Of a stretch of 64,000 bases of DNA, positions 49,950 through 58,419 are shown piece after piece. Position 1 is the stretch's first letter, and the number at the start of each line of letters is the position of its first letter. Made by a program: the position numbers and the translations under genes. The stretch is from assembly GCA_007134525.1 (NCBI GenBank), contig SLKR01000034.1, positions 204 through 64,203 on the forward strand. Reading direction: 5' to 3'. Source of the DNA: Bacteroidales bacterium. GTDB lineage: Bacteria; Bacteroidota; Bacteroidia; Bacteroidales; UBA7960. The notes beneath the pieces were generated by a model. It was not told the origin of the DNA and made no database searches. It saw nothing but the letters and a program-made list of their open reading frames with translations.

Positions 49950-49957
49950 TAAATTTG
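49950..49957 (+). promoter_or_regulatory. Candidate -7 promoter box (TAAATTTG) for the ECF sigma gene, with a possible -33 TTG at 49928-49930
   Basis: It matches TAnnTTTG 44 nt upstream of ATG 50001. The TTG lies 19 nt upstream of the box. Confidence 0.35.
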
Positions 49958-50000
49958 TATATAAATAATTAAACAGTTAACCATCAAAACCACTTGGATT

Positions 50001-50504
50001 ATGACAGCAGTAGAATTCAATTATAAGTTGCTTGGTTTACAGAAAAACCTTAAATATTTTGCATATACCCTTACCTCCAACTACGAGGATGCACAGGACC
50101 TGGTTCAGGAAACATATCTAAAAGCCCTGACAAACCGTGAAAAATTCGCCGCCAACACCAACCTCAAGGCGTGGACTTTCACCATAATGAAAAACACCTT
50201 CATAAACAACTACCGACAGAATGTACGCAACAACACCATTCTGGACAAAACTGACGACCTTTATTACCTGAATCTTTCGAAGGAGAGCGGTGAAGGGCTT
50301 CCTGATTCCGATTACTCCCTAAAAGAGATCAAAAGCACTATAAACAAGGTCAGTCCGGATCAGCGCAAGCCATTTGAAATGTACAACAATGGCTACAAAT
50401 ACAAGGAGATCGCCGAGGCACTCAATCTTTCCATAGGTACTGTAAAGAGCCGAATATTCTTTACCCGTAAAAAGCTGATGGCGGCACTCAAGGAAAACAA
50501 GTAA
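50001..50504 (+). CDS. ECF-type sigma-70 family RNA polymerase sigma factor
   Basis: 167 aa. Region 2 is DAQDLVQETYLKAL...LKAWTFTIMKNTFINNYR. The region 4 HTH is GYKYKEIAEALNLSIGTVKSRIFFTRKKL. No anti-sigma gene is adjacent. Confidence 0.85.
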   Translation: MTAVEFNYKLLGLQKNLKYFAYTLTSNYEDAQDLVQETYLKALTNREKFAANTNLKAWTFTIMKNTFINNYRQNVRNNTILDKTDDLYYLNLSKESGEGLPDSDYSLKEIKSTINKVSPDQRKPFEMYNNGYKYKEIAEALNLSIGTVKSRIFFTRKKLMAALKENK

Positions 50505-50544
50505 ATTACCAGTCCAGTTATAATTTCCCTTTAATTTGTGATCC

Positions 50545-50576
50545 AAACCCGGTATCGGCTGATACCGGGTTTTTTA
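50545..50576 (+). terminator. Rho-independent terminator after the sigma factor gene
   Basis: AAACCCGGTATC (50545-50556) pairs with GATACCGGGTTT (50561-50572) across the loop GGCT, and is followed by TTTAT. Confidence 0.75.
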
Positions 50577-50638
50577 TACCTGAACTTTTCATAAATTTGT
50601 AACTTGTTTGGGAACCCCATTTAACACCAGCTGTTATC

Positions 50639-51934
50639 ATGCGTGTATTCAAGTTTGGCGGGGCCTCGGTAAAAGACCCCGACTCGGTCAGGAATGTGTC
50701 TAAAATTATCAGGGATCAGCACGGAACCGGCCCCCTTGTGGTAGTTCTTTCGGCCATGGGAAAAACCACCAACGCCCTGGAAAGACTTTGCGCATATTTC
50801 ATGGAAGGGAAAAAGAAGGAGATGATGGAGGTTTTTAACAATATAAAGAACAGCCATTTTGAAATTGCCCGGGGTCTTTTCCCCGACCCGGGGCATCCCC
50901 TGTTCAGGGAACTGGAGCAGTCTTTCTACCAGCTTTACTATTATATTCAGGAACCTCACGGCGGAAATTACAACTATGAATATGACCGCATAGTATCGAC
51001 CGGTGAAATGGTATCCACGAAGATACTGAGTGCCTACCTCAGGGAGAACGGACTTCATAACCGGCTGTTTTCTGCAGCGAAACTGGTGATAACCGACGCA
51101 AATTTCAGGGATGCACGTGTTGACTGGATACTTAGCACACAGAGGATCCAGGAGCAGCTTACCCCTTACCTGCAACAGAAGAATGAGGGCGGAACTCCTC
51201 CACTTGTAATTACACAGGGTTTTCTGGGGGGCACCCAGCAAGGCTTTACGACCACTCTTGGCAGGGAGGGTTCTGATTTCACCGCAGCCATCCTGGCTTA
51301 TGCACTTAATGCAAGGGAGGTTGTTATCTGGAAAGATGTCCCCGGCCTGCTGAACGCTGATCCAAAGATTATGAAAGAGACTGTTTTACTCGGTAATATC
51401 AGCTATCAGGAGGCAATAGAGCTTGCTTATTACGGGGCAACCATTATTCACCCGAAAACGCTCAAACCCCTGCTCAGTAAGAACATACCCCTTATTGTAA
51501 AATCCTTCACCAGGCCGGATATGCCTGGTTCTGTCATAAACAGCAACGAGAGCAATGACAACAGGGTACCTTCATATATTTTCAAGTTCAACCAGGTCCT
51601 GCTTTCCCTTTTCCCGAAAGACTTCAGCTTTATTGCCGAACATAATCTGTCCAGGATATTCGCAGACTTTGCAAAAAACGGGGTAAAGATGAACCTGATG
51701 CAGAACTCAGCCATAAGCTTCTCGGTATGCTTTGACCGGGACAAGACAAAAACCCCGGCCCTTTTAAAAGACCTAAGGCAAAACTTCAATGTCAAGTACA
51801 ATGAGAACCTTGAGCTCATAACTGTAAGGCATTATCAGAAAGCAGGTATGGAACAGTTGCTGGAAGGAAGGGACACTGTACTGGAACAGAAAAGCCGCAC
51901 CACCCTCCAGCTGGTCGTAAAAAGAGCTGATTAA
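50639..51934 (+). CDS. Aspartate kinase
   Basis: MRVFKFGGASVKD..., VVVLSAMGKTTNAL, LGREGSDFTAAILA and C-terminal ACT-like repeats. Confidence 0.9.
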   Translation: MRVFKFGGASVKDPDSVRNVSKIIRDQHGTGPLVVVLSAMGKTTNALERLCAYFMEGKKKEMMEVFNNIKNSHFEIARGLFPDPGHPLFRELEQSFYQLYYYIQEPHGGNYNYEYDRIVSTGEMVSTKILSAYLRENGLHNRLFSAAKLVITDANFRDARVDWILSTQRIQEQLTPYLQQKNEGGTPPLVITQGFLGGTQQGFTTTLGREGSDFTAAILAYALNAREVVIWKDVPGLLNADPKIMKETVLLGNISYQEAIELAYYGATIIHPKTLKPLLSKNIPLIVKSFTRPDMPGSVINSNESNDNRVPSYIFKFNQVLLSLFPKDFSFIAEHNLSRIFADFAKNGVKMNLMQNSAISFSVCFDRDKTKTPALLKDLRQNFNVKYNENLELITVRHYQKAGMEQLLEGRDTVLEQKSRTTLQLVVKRAD

Positions 51935-53199
51935 TTACTGCTGTATCTCTCGCTGAACTCTTCCAGAAACTCCCTCCCGGCGTTCTCGCATGAGCTTCCG
52001 ACCTTGTCGAGGGTGAATTCAGTATAGTAATAGGGGTTCAGGTCAGGATCTCCCGAATACCTCACGGGTATCTGAAGCCTCTGACCGGCTATAAGGCCAC
52101 CGTCCCGCCCGAAGCGCCCTGTATTTGGCGGATGGTTGATTATAAACCAGGAGCATACCCTGTACTGCAGAAAGATCCGGTTCCAGGTATCCCCTCCCCT
52201 GACGGTGTAGGCAATATCGTCAGGCAACGGAGGCGGCATGTCCGGATCATACGGATCATCCGGCTCCTCTATCAGGGTGTCCGCCCGGGTGTCAGCCATT
52301 TGTGACACCGGCACCGAAACAGGTGGCTTGGGGTTATAGATGAAGAGGTCATAAAACATATAGGCCACGAAAACGACGACAAGGGCCATAATTGCGTAGC
52401 GCAAAGCTGCGCTTACCTTTACCGGCCCGAAAGTATTTTTAGTTCCCATCTCTTTTCTTTTCACTCTTTTACTACTATCCTCCTTTATCTGATTATCTCC
52501 CATCCAGTAAACTGCATTGCCCTGTCCGGCACCATAAAAGCAAAGCATACAGGCAGCAGATGGCAGGCCGGCGCCCTCATCCCTTGCAAGACCTATAATA
52601 CGCGACAGTTTGGTCTGCAGGGGCATGGAGTCAAGAAGGGTCTTCCTGAGCTGTTTCGGCGACAGGTGTTCACACACCGCTCCTGCAGCAATGAGCAGAA
52701 TATCATTCTGCCCGGGAGTTGAAGGCCTGTGAGAGCTCTCCGGCTCCATTACCGCTGCCTCACCCAGAAAATCCCTTCCGGAGATTTCGCTATCCGCTGC
52801 CAGCAGTGAGTGTATCCTCCGCCCCGACAACACCGACATGCAGACATCTCCTGCACTTGAATAATAAATATTCTCACCGTCGAAAAGCACACATATACAG
52901 CTTACACCCTCAGGTGTGCGTTCAGGGTCATTCTGCCCCTGCTGGTAAAGGAATCCGCCTGTATATATCAGGGCATTCCTGCATATGTCATCCGGTCTGT
53001 CATCTGGTTCGTTTTCAAAGTAGTACCTGATGCGTTCAACCGCAGTTGAAGCAAGTCCTGCCTGCGCTGCACCGGCAATTACAAACGCATGGCCGTGAGG
53101 GGTTTCAAAAGCATCCTGCTGAAAATATCCGTCCTGACCCCCTTTCCCTTCAAAGGCATCAAGAGTGTACTCAAATGTGCTGAACTTCCTGGTTGTCAT
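51931..53199 (-). CDS. Single-pass membrane protein: a cytoplasmic PP2C-like (apparently degenerate) domain, one TM helix, a Pro/Asp-rich linker and a LysM-like domain
   Basis: The PP2C-like motif layout is GKGGQDGYF / AFVIAGAAQAG / SSAGDVCMSVL / ILLIAAGAV. The TM helix is AIMALVVVFVAYMFYDLFIY. The LysM-like region is YTVRGGDTWNRI...LIAGQRLQIP. Confidence 0.55.
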   Translation of the reverse strand: MTTRKFSTFEYTLDAFEGKGGQDGYFQQDAFETPHGHAFVIAGAAQAGLASTAVERIRYYFENEPDDRPDDICRNALIYTGGFLYQQGQNDPERTPEGVSCICVLFDGENIYYSSAGDVCMSVLSGRRIHSLLAADSEISGRDFLGEAAVMEPESSHRPSTPGQNDILLIAAGAVCEHLSPKQLRKTLLDSMPLQTKLSRIIGLARDEGAGLPSAACMLCFYGAGQGNAVYWMGDNQIKEDSSKRVKRKEMGTKNTFGPVKVSAALRYAIMALVVVFVAYMFYDLFIYNPKPPVSVPVSQMADTRADTLIEEPDDPYDPDMPPPLPDDIAYTVRGGDTWNRIFLQYRVCSWFIINHPPNTGRFGRDGGLIAGQRLQIPVRYSGDPDLNPYYYTEFTLDKVGSSCENAGREFLEEFSERYSSN

Positions 53200-53237
53200 A
53201 TCGTTTTCTTTTTTTTACTCTTTTCGTGTGGCTATTT

Positions 53238-54014
53238 TTAACCAATACTTGCCGCAATAGCCACAAAATCATCCACCCCCAGCCTTTCAGGCCTTTCACC
53301 GTATAGCTTTCCGGGCAAGCTGCCCCAGGCTATACCCATACCATCAAGGGAGTTTCTCAATGTCTTCCTCCTTTTGTTGAAAGCGGTTTTTACTACCCTG
53401 AAAAACAAGGATTCATCACAACCCAGGCTCATATCTTCCTTTGCCCTGAGCCTTATAACCGATGAACGAACCCTGGGGGGAGGATGGAATACATGCGGTT
53501 CAACATTGAACAGGAGCCTTACTTCATAAAAAGCCTGGGTAAGAACACTAAGTATACCGTAAACCTTGCTTCCGGGAGGAGATGAGATCCTCATTGCGAC
53601 CTCCCTCTGGAACATACCGACCACTTCGGGTACCTGTGAGCGGTATTCAAGTATCCTGAAGAGTATCTGGGAGGAAATATTGTATGGGAAATTGCCTATT
53701 ACCGCAAAACGGGCGCCATTAAACCCGGAACCCAGGTCATAGCTGAGAAAATCCGCCTCAATTATCCTGTCTGAAAGTTCGGGATACCTCATTTTGAGCA
53801 GTGCAACCGAATCCCTGTCTAGTTCTATGCCTGTCCAGCTGAAAGAGGTATTCTCAATAAGGTAACCGGAGAGTATGCCGGTACCCGGGCCCACTTCAAG
53901 CACATGCTTGTAACCGCCCCACATACTAAGTGAGGAGGCTATTTTACGGGCAATGTTTTGGTCAGTCAGAAAATGCTGGCCAAGTGACTTTTTTGGGGAT
54001 ACATGATGATGCAC
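53238..54014 (-). CDS. rsmA: 16S rRNA (adenine1518/1519-N6)-dimethyltransferase
   Basis: KKSLGQHFLTDQNIARKI..., VLEVGPGTGILS and GNFPYNISSQILF. Confidence 0.93.
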   Translation of the reverse strand: MHHHVSPKKSLGQHFLTDQNIARKIASSLSMWGGYKHVLEVGPGTGILSGYLIENTSFSWTGIELDRDSVALLKMRYPELSDRIIEADFLSYDLGSGFNGARFAVIGNFPYNISSQILFRILEYRSQVPEVVGMFQREVAMRISSPPGSKVYGILSVLTQAFYEVRLLFNVEPHVFHPPPRVRSSVIRLRAKEDMSLGCDESLFFRVVKTAFNKRRKTLRNSLDGMGIAWGSLPGKLYGERPERLGVDDFVAIAASIG

Positions 54015-54028
54015 CTCTTATGGGATTT

Positions 54029-55879
54029 TCAGTTAACAATATCTCCGCGCAGGAGACGGAAACGGTTTCTTGCAGTAACAGTATGCAGGCTCCCGGGGTA
54101 TTCTGTCATTATCTGCTGATAAAGGGACATGGCCTTGTCATGGTTCTCAAAATAGTTTTGCTGAAGTTCGGCCCTGCGGAAAAGTGCCTCGTCGGCAAGC
54201 AGGCCCGAGGGGTACTGCTCCACTATCAGTGCAAGCAAGCTGTCTGCCGCCCCAAAGTCTCCCTGTTTAATCATTATTTCGGCTTTCGCATATACAAGGT
54301 CATCATTTATCTGGTGGCCGGGGTAAAGCGTTTTCACCGAATCCAGGATCTCAAGAGCCTTGTCAAAACGGTTCATGAATATCTGCTGTTCGGCCATAGC
54401 ATACATCTCAAGAGGACGGGGGTCGCCGTTTATCCCCAGGTTGTCCTGTATCTTCAGGGAAAGACGCATGGCGTCATTGGCTATCAGGCGGGAGGTGCCC
54501 GCCTTGAGTATGTCAAGCTGTGCCTTGGCCCAGTCGAACTCCCCTATGAAATAAGTAAGCCTGGCATTCTTGAACTTTGCCTCATGCGCAAGTGGGTCAT
54601 CCCTGAACATCCTGTCAACCTGTGAGTAGAGCAGTGTAGCGTCCCATACCTCACCTGTAAGCAAAAGTATGTCGGCGAGCTCTATGCGGCACTCACCCTT
54701 TACGCGGTTTGATATATTCGGCAGATCGAGGGTGCTTTCAAGAAGATCAATTGCCTGGGAGGTATTCTCAAGATAGAAGGCATGAAGGTTTGCAAGGTTA
54801 CGTACCAGCTGCACAGTGGCTGAACTTACCCCCATGCGCTCCAGGGCCTGCTCATATTCGCGCTTTATTTCAAGGAGTTCCTCCGTTTGGTATGTATAGT
54901 CGTCCACCACCGATAAAAAACGCACATTAAGATAACCTACCAGTGCATCCATGTAAAAGGTACTCTCTGCACCCATATCCAGGATGTAATTGTAGGCATC
55001 GGCTGCAATGGTGTAATTTTTATTGCTGGTTGCAAGTGAGGCAACTTCCAGAACAGGACGTCCTTCCTGCTGAAGCCTTCTGTCAAGGGCTCTTGCCTGC
55101 ATAAATGCCATCCTGAAATCCTGCTGCTGGATTGACAGCCAAAGCAGCATCTCCGAATACATAATGTTCTCTGGATTTCTCTGGGTGCGCTCTAGCAATA
55201 CCGATCTGAGTGCATCATTCCTGCCAAATCCGGGGTCGTTGGCAACTGCATCCTGTAAAATACCCCTTACCCTGGCCCTCTCTTCATCAAACTTAATCAT
55301 GTAGTCGATGTACTCATTCATCATCTCCCTGTAATTACCCTTCTTTTCATGAATATCAGCGATCCGCAGGTGCAGGGGATGGCTTTCGGCCAGAAGCCTG
55401 CGGCCATGCAGATAGGTCTCAAGGGCACGGTCAAGGTATCCGCGGGCCTCAAATGCCAAAGCGAGATCAGTGATTTCCCCCGGGTTTGCCCGGAGTTTCT
55501 CTATCAGTTCGTCCATCTGTCTCCTGGCCCTGCGGTTATTACCAGACAATTCACTGACCCAGGCAAGATCCACCTGGTAACGTACCTCCCCTGGATTCCT
55601 CTGTATCTGCTCACGTACGACCCTTTCTGCCTGTCTGAAACTCTCGAGACCAAACAGAGCATCAAGGTAGTTGTTGTAAATTATCTGTGTGGGTTCATCA
55701 TCAAACAGCTCTTCATATAGCGCAACAGCCTGTTCGTAACGCCCCTCCCTCAGGTACTGGACGGCAAGGCGTTCGTCCGTGCTGCCTTCTTCAGCCTGCT
55801 GGCTGAAGGCCATATCAGGCAATAAAACAAACACCACAGACAATAATGCAACAATACCATAAAGGCTCTTTATGCTCAT
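54029..55879 (-). CDS. Exported tetratricopeptide-repeat protein
   Basis: 616 aa with the signal peptide MSIKSLYGIVALLSVVFVLLPDMAFSQQ. It has multiple TPR-like helical repeats, for example YLREGRYEQAVALYEEL and IKQGDFGAADSLLALIVEQYP. Confidence 0.8.
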   Translation of the reverse strand: MSIKSLYGIVALLSVVFVLLPDMAFSQQAEEGSTDERLAVQYLREGRYEQAVALYEELFDDEPTQIIYNNYLDALFGLESFRQAERVVREQIQRNPGEVRYQVDLAWVSELSGNNRRARRQMDELIEKLRANPGEITDLALAFEARGYLDRALETYLHGRRLLAESHPLHLRIADIHEKKGNYREMMNEYIDYMIKFDEERARVRGILQDAVANDPGFGRNDALRSVLLERTQRNPENIMYSEMLLWLSIQQQDFRMAFMQARALDRRLQQEGRPVLEVASLATSNKNYTIAADAYNYILDMGAESTFYMDALVGYLNVRFLSVVDDYTYQTEELLEIKREYEQALERMGVSSATVQLVRNLANLHAFYLENTSQAIDLLESTLDLPNISNRVKGECRIELADILLLTGEVWDATLLYSQVDRMFRDDPLAHEAKFKNARLTYFIGEFDWAKAQLDILKAGTSRLIANDAMRLSLKIQDNLGINGDPRPLEMYAMAEQQIFMNRFDKALEILDSVKTLYPGHQINDDLVYAKAEIMIKQGDFGAADSLLALIVEQYPSGLLADEALFRRAELQQNYFENHDKAMSLYQQIMTEYPGSLHTVTARNRFRLLRGDIVN

Positions 55880-55963
55880 ACAGCTGTCAGTTATGACTTA
55901 ATTTTCGTCCTCTAATATGAACGCTTACATCAGGTATTTGTTTTGTCATAAACCCTATACGGA

Positions 55964-57232
55964 TCATATGGCATCAAACCCGGTATAAGGCCTTAAAACT
56001 TCTGGTATCACAATACCGTCGCCGGTCTGGTTGTTTTCCAGCAATGCTGCTAACAGTCTTGGCAGAGCCAGGGCACTTCCGTTCAGGGTATGCGCAAGAA
56101 GGTTCTTGCCCCCCGATGAGCGATACCGCAACTTCATTCTCTGAGACTGGTAGGTCTCGAAATTTGACACCGAACTTACCTCAAGCCATCTTTTCTGGGC
56201 TGCAGAATATACTTCCATATCATAAGTAATTGCAGATGCGAACCCGAGGTCGCCCCCGCAAAGGCGTGCAACCCTGAATGGCACCTGAAGTTTGCGAAGC
56301 AGCGAAGAGACATATGATACCATCTCATCGAGTGCCTCGTAACTTTTATCCGGATGTGCCACCTGCACTATCTCCACCTTGTCGAACTGGTGAAGCCTGT
56401 TGAGACCCCTTACATCCTTGCCGTACGAACCGGCTTCACGTCTAAAACAGACCGAATATGCGGCACACTTAACAGGCAGCTCATCCTCCTTTAAGATGCG
56501 GCCGCGGAATATATTGGTTACAGGAACCTCCGATGTCGGTATAAGATAGAGATCATCAGCACCAACATAATACATCTGGCCGTCCTTGTCGGGCAACTGC
56601 CCGGTGCCGAAAGCCGAATCTGCATTTACCATCAGGGGGGGCTGGTATTCCGTATAACCTGCCTTTCCGGCCTCATCGAGGAAAAAGCCAATAAGAGCCC
56701 TTTGCAGCCTGGCCCCTTTGCCCTTATAAACAGGGAAGCCGGCACCCGTTACCCTGGTACCTGCCTCAAAATCTATAAGGTCATACTTTTTTGCCAGCTC
56801 CCAGTGTGGAAGCGCATCCTCCCCAAGCCCGGGCATGCTTCCCTCCTCACTTACAATCTCATTGTCCTCTTCAGTGCTACCTGATGGCACTGAAGGGTGG
56901 GGCAGCATTGGCAGCTGGGTCATCAGTTCATTTAACTCAGAGCTGAGAGTATCCAGTTTCTCCTGAAGATCCCTTGCCCTTTTTTTCAGCTGTGAGCTCC
57001 TATCCTTAAGTGGTTCAGCCTCAGCAGCCTTCCCGGCCCTGAAAAGCTCACCTACCTCTGCCGAGATCTTCTTCGCCTCTGAAAGGGTGTCGTCAAGCTG
57101 CTTCTGGGTGTTCCTGCGTCCCGAATCAACCTCAGTTACCCGACCTACAATCCCGGCAGCATCAAAATTCCTTGTCCTGTAACGCCGGATTACTTCCTGG
57201 CTGTTCTCTCTGATCAATTGAATATCTATCAT
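55964..57232 (-). CDS. serS: Serine--tRNA ligase
   Basis: MIDIQLIRENSQEV..., FRREAGSYGKDVRGLNRLHQFDKVE and GSALALPRLLAALLEN. Confidence 0.97.
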   Translation of the reverse strand: MIDIQLIRENSQEVIRRYRTRNFDAAGIVGRVTEVDSGRRNTQKQLDDTLSEAKKISAEVGELFRAGKAAEAEPLKDRSSQLKKRARDLQEKLDTLSSELNELMTQLPMLPHPSVPSGSTEEDNEIVSEEGSMPGLGEDALPHWELAKKYDLIDFEAGTRVTGAGFPVYKGKGARLQRALIGFFLDEAGKAGYTEYQPPLMVNADSAFGTGQLPDKDGQMYYVGADDLYLIPTSEVPVTNIFRGRILKEDELPVKCAAYSVCFRREAGSYGKDVRGLNRLHQFDKVEIVQVAHPDKSYEALDEMVSYVSSLLRKLQVPFRVARLCGGDLGFASAITYDMEVYSAAQKRWLEVSSVSNFETYQSQRMKLRYRSSGGKNLLAHTLNGSALALPRLLAALLENNQTGDGIVIPEVLRPYTGFDAI

Positions 57233-57297
57233 ATTAAAGGGTTTTTTGGGCTAATCCCGCAATTCAGGGATCTCAAAAGTAATAAGTTTTATGCCAT

Positions 57298-57323
57298 AAA
57301 AAAAAATCCTGCCGGGGCAGGAT
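57298..57323 (-). terminator. Rho-independent terminator after rpmA
   Basis: The hairpin ATCCTGCC/GGCAGGAT (57306-57323) is followed on the minus strand by a T9 run, which appears as a plus-strand A run at 57298-57306. Confidence 0.65.
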
Positions 57324-57374
57324 TTATAATTTTAAAAAGAGGATGCTTTCCCGGCAGATATGTCTGCCGCATGT

Positions 57375-57977
57375 TTACTTCTTATCCTCCTTCTTCTTGC
57401 CAGACGCCTCATCTTTCTTGACAGTGGCTTTCTTCCGTGATGAAGGGGATGCTGACTTTTCAGAGGCCTCCTTCTTTGCAGTGGTTTTCTTTGCTGCAGG
57501 CTTTTTATCTGCCTTGACAGTCTCTTTTTTTGTCGTGGTCTTTTTCCTGGCAGGTGCTTTCTTTTTCGCCCCGGCCTCTTTTTTAGCCGGAGCCTTCTCC
57601 TTTGCAGGTGCCTCCTTTTCCAAAACGGCTGTTTCTGCCTGCTCAGGCTTATCAGCAGGGGCTGCCTTTGAGGATGTATCCTTTACTGCAGGTGCCTGGG
57701 GAATAACTTCCGGCATTGCCTCGGCAACAGGTTCTATATTTACAAAGGATCTGTTTCCCGACTTCCTTTTAAAAACCACCTTGCCGTCAACCAGGGCATA
57801 CAGTGTGTGATCCTTGCCCATACCGACGTTCAGCCCAGGATAGTGCTGTGTGCCGCGCTGCCTTACTATTATGTTTCCGGCAATTGCAAGGGAGCCGCCA
57901 AATATCTTTACACCAAGTCGTTTGCTGTGTGATTCGCGACCATTACGTGAGCTACCAACTCCTTTCTTATGTGCCAT
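57375..57977 (-). CDS. rpmA: 50S ribosomal protein L27 with a long Lys/Ala/Pro/Glu-rich C-terminal extension
   Basis: The N-terminus [28 protein letters not shown]...[15 protein letters not shown] is canonical bL27 (about 88 aa). The ORF then continues to 200 aa through ...[47 protein letters not shown]... Confidence 0.9.
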   Translation of the reverse strand: MAHKKGVGSSRNGRESHSKRLGVKIFGGSLAIAGNIIVRQRGTQHYPGLNVGMGKDHTLYALVDGKVVFKRKSGNRSFVNIEPVAEAMPEVIPQAPAVKDTSSKAAPADKPEQAETAVLEKEAPAKEKAPAKKEAGAKKKAPARKKTTTKKETVKADKKPAAKKTTAKKEASEKSASPSSRKKATVKKDEASGKKKEDKK

Positions 57978-58001
57978 AATATTTTATTTTTTTCAGTTTC
58001 C

Positions 58002-58313
58002 TTAAGCGGTGATATCTTCTATCTGGATACGGGTCATAGGCTGGCGGTGACCATTCATCTTCTGATAGCCCTTTCTTCTTTTCTTCTTGAAGACTATCAC
58101 CTTGTCAGCCTTTACATGTTCGAGGATCTTTGCCTTAACCCTGGCACCCTCAACCAGGGGAGTTCCGACCTTGACGTTTTCGCCGTCGGCAAGCAGCATA
58201 ACATTGTCAAACTCCAGGTCACTTCCGGTATCCTTGTCAAGCAGGTTCACGAAAAGCTTCTGCTCTTTCTCTATCTTGAACTGCTGTCCTCCTATCTCAA
58301 CTATTGCGTACAT
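58002..58313 (-). CDS. rplU: 50S ribosomal protein L21
   Basis: MYAIVEIGGQQFKIEKEQKLFVN... It lies directly upstream of rpmA, the conserved rplU-rpmA order. Confidence 0.95.
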   Translation of the reverse strand: MYAIVEIGGQQFKIEKEQKLFVNLLDKDTGSDLEFDNVMLLADGENVKVGTPLVEGARVKAKILEHVKADKVIVFKKKRRKGYQKMNGHRQPMTRIQIEDITA

Positions 58314-58419
58314 TTCTAATATGCATTAAATGGTTCACTCAGTTACGGGGGTGCAAAGATAATCAAAAATAACTAAGGAACAAGGCCTCAGAATATTTTT
58401 TCGCAAAAAATGCCGGTGT

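Noticed and set aside
57351-57369. A second hairpin CGGCAGA-N4-TCTGCCG immediately after the rpmA stop
   Set aside because: It has no U-run on the transcribed (minus) strand. The downstream hairpin at 57306-57323, which has a T9 run, is the better terminator. This one may simply stabilise the mRNA.
57343-57810. A 155-aa plus-strand ORF (Phe/Ala/Ser-rich) overlapping rpmA
   Set aside because: It is the mirror image of the Lys/Ala-rich codon repeats in the L27 tail. The reverse complement of AAG/GCx-rich sequence gives Phe/Ala, so this is a low-complexity artefact.
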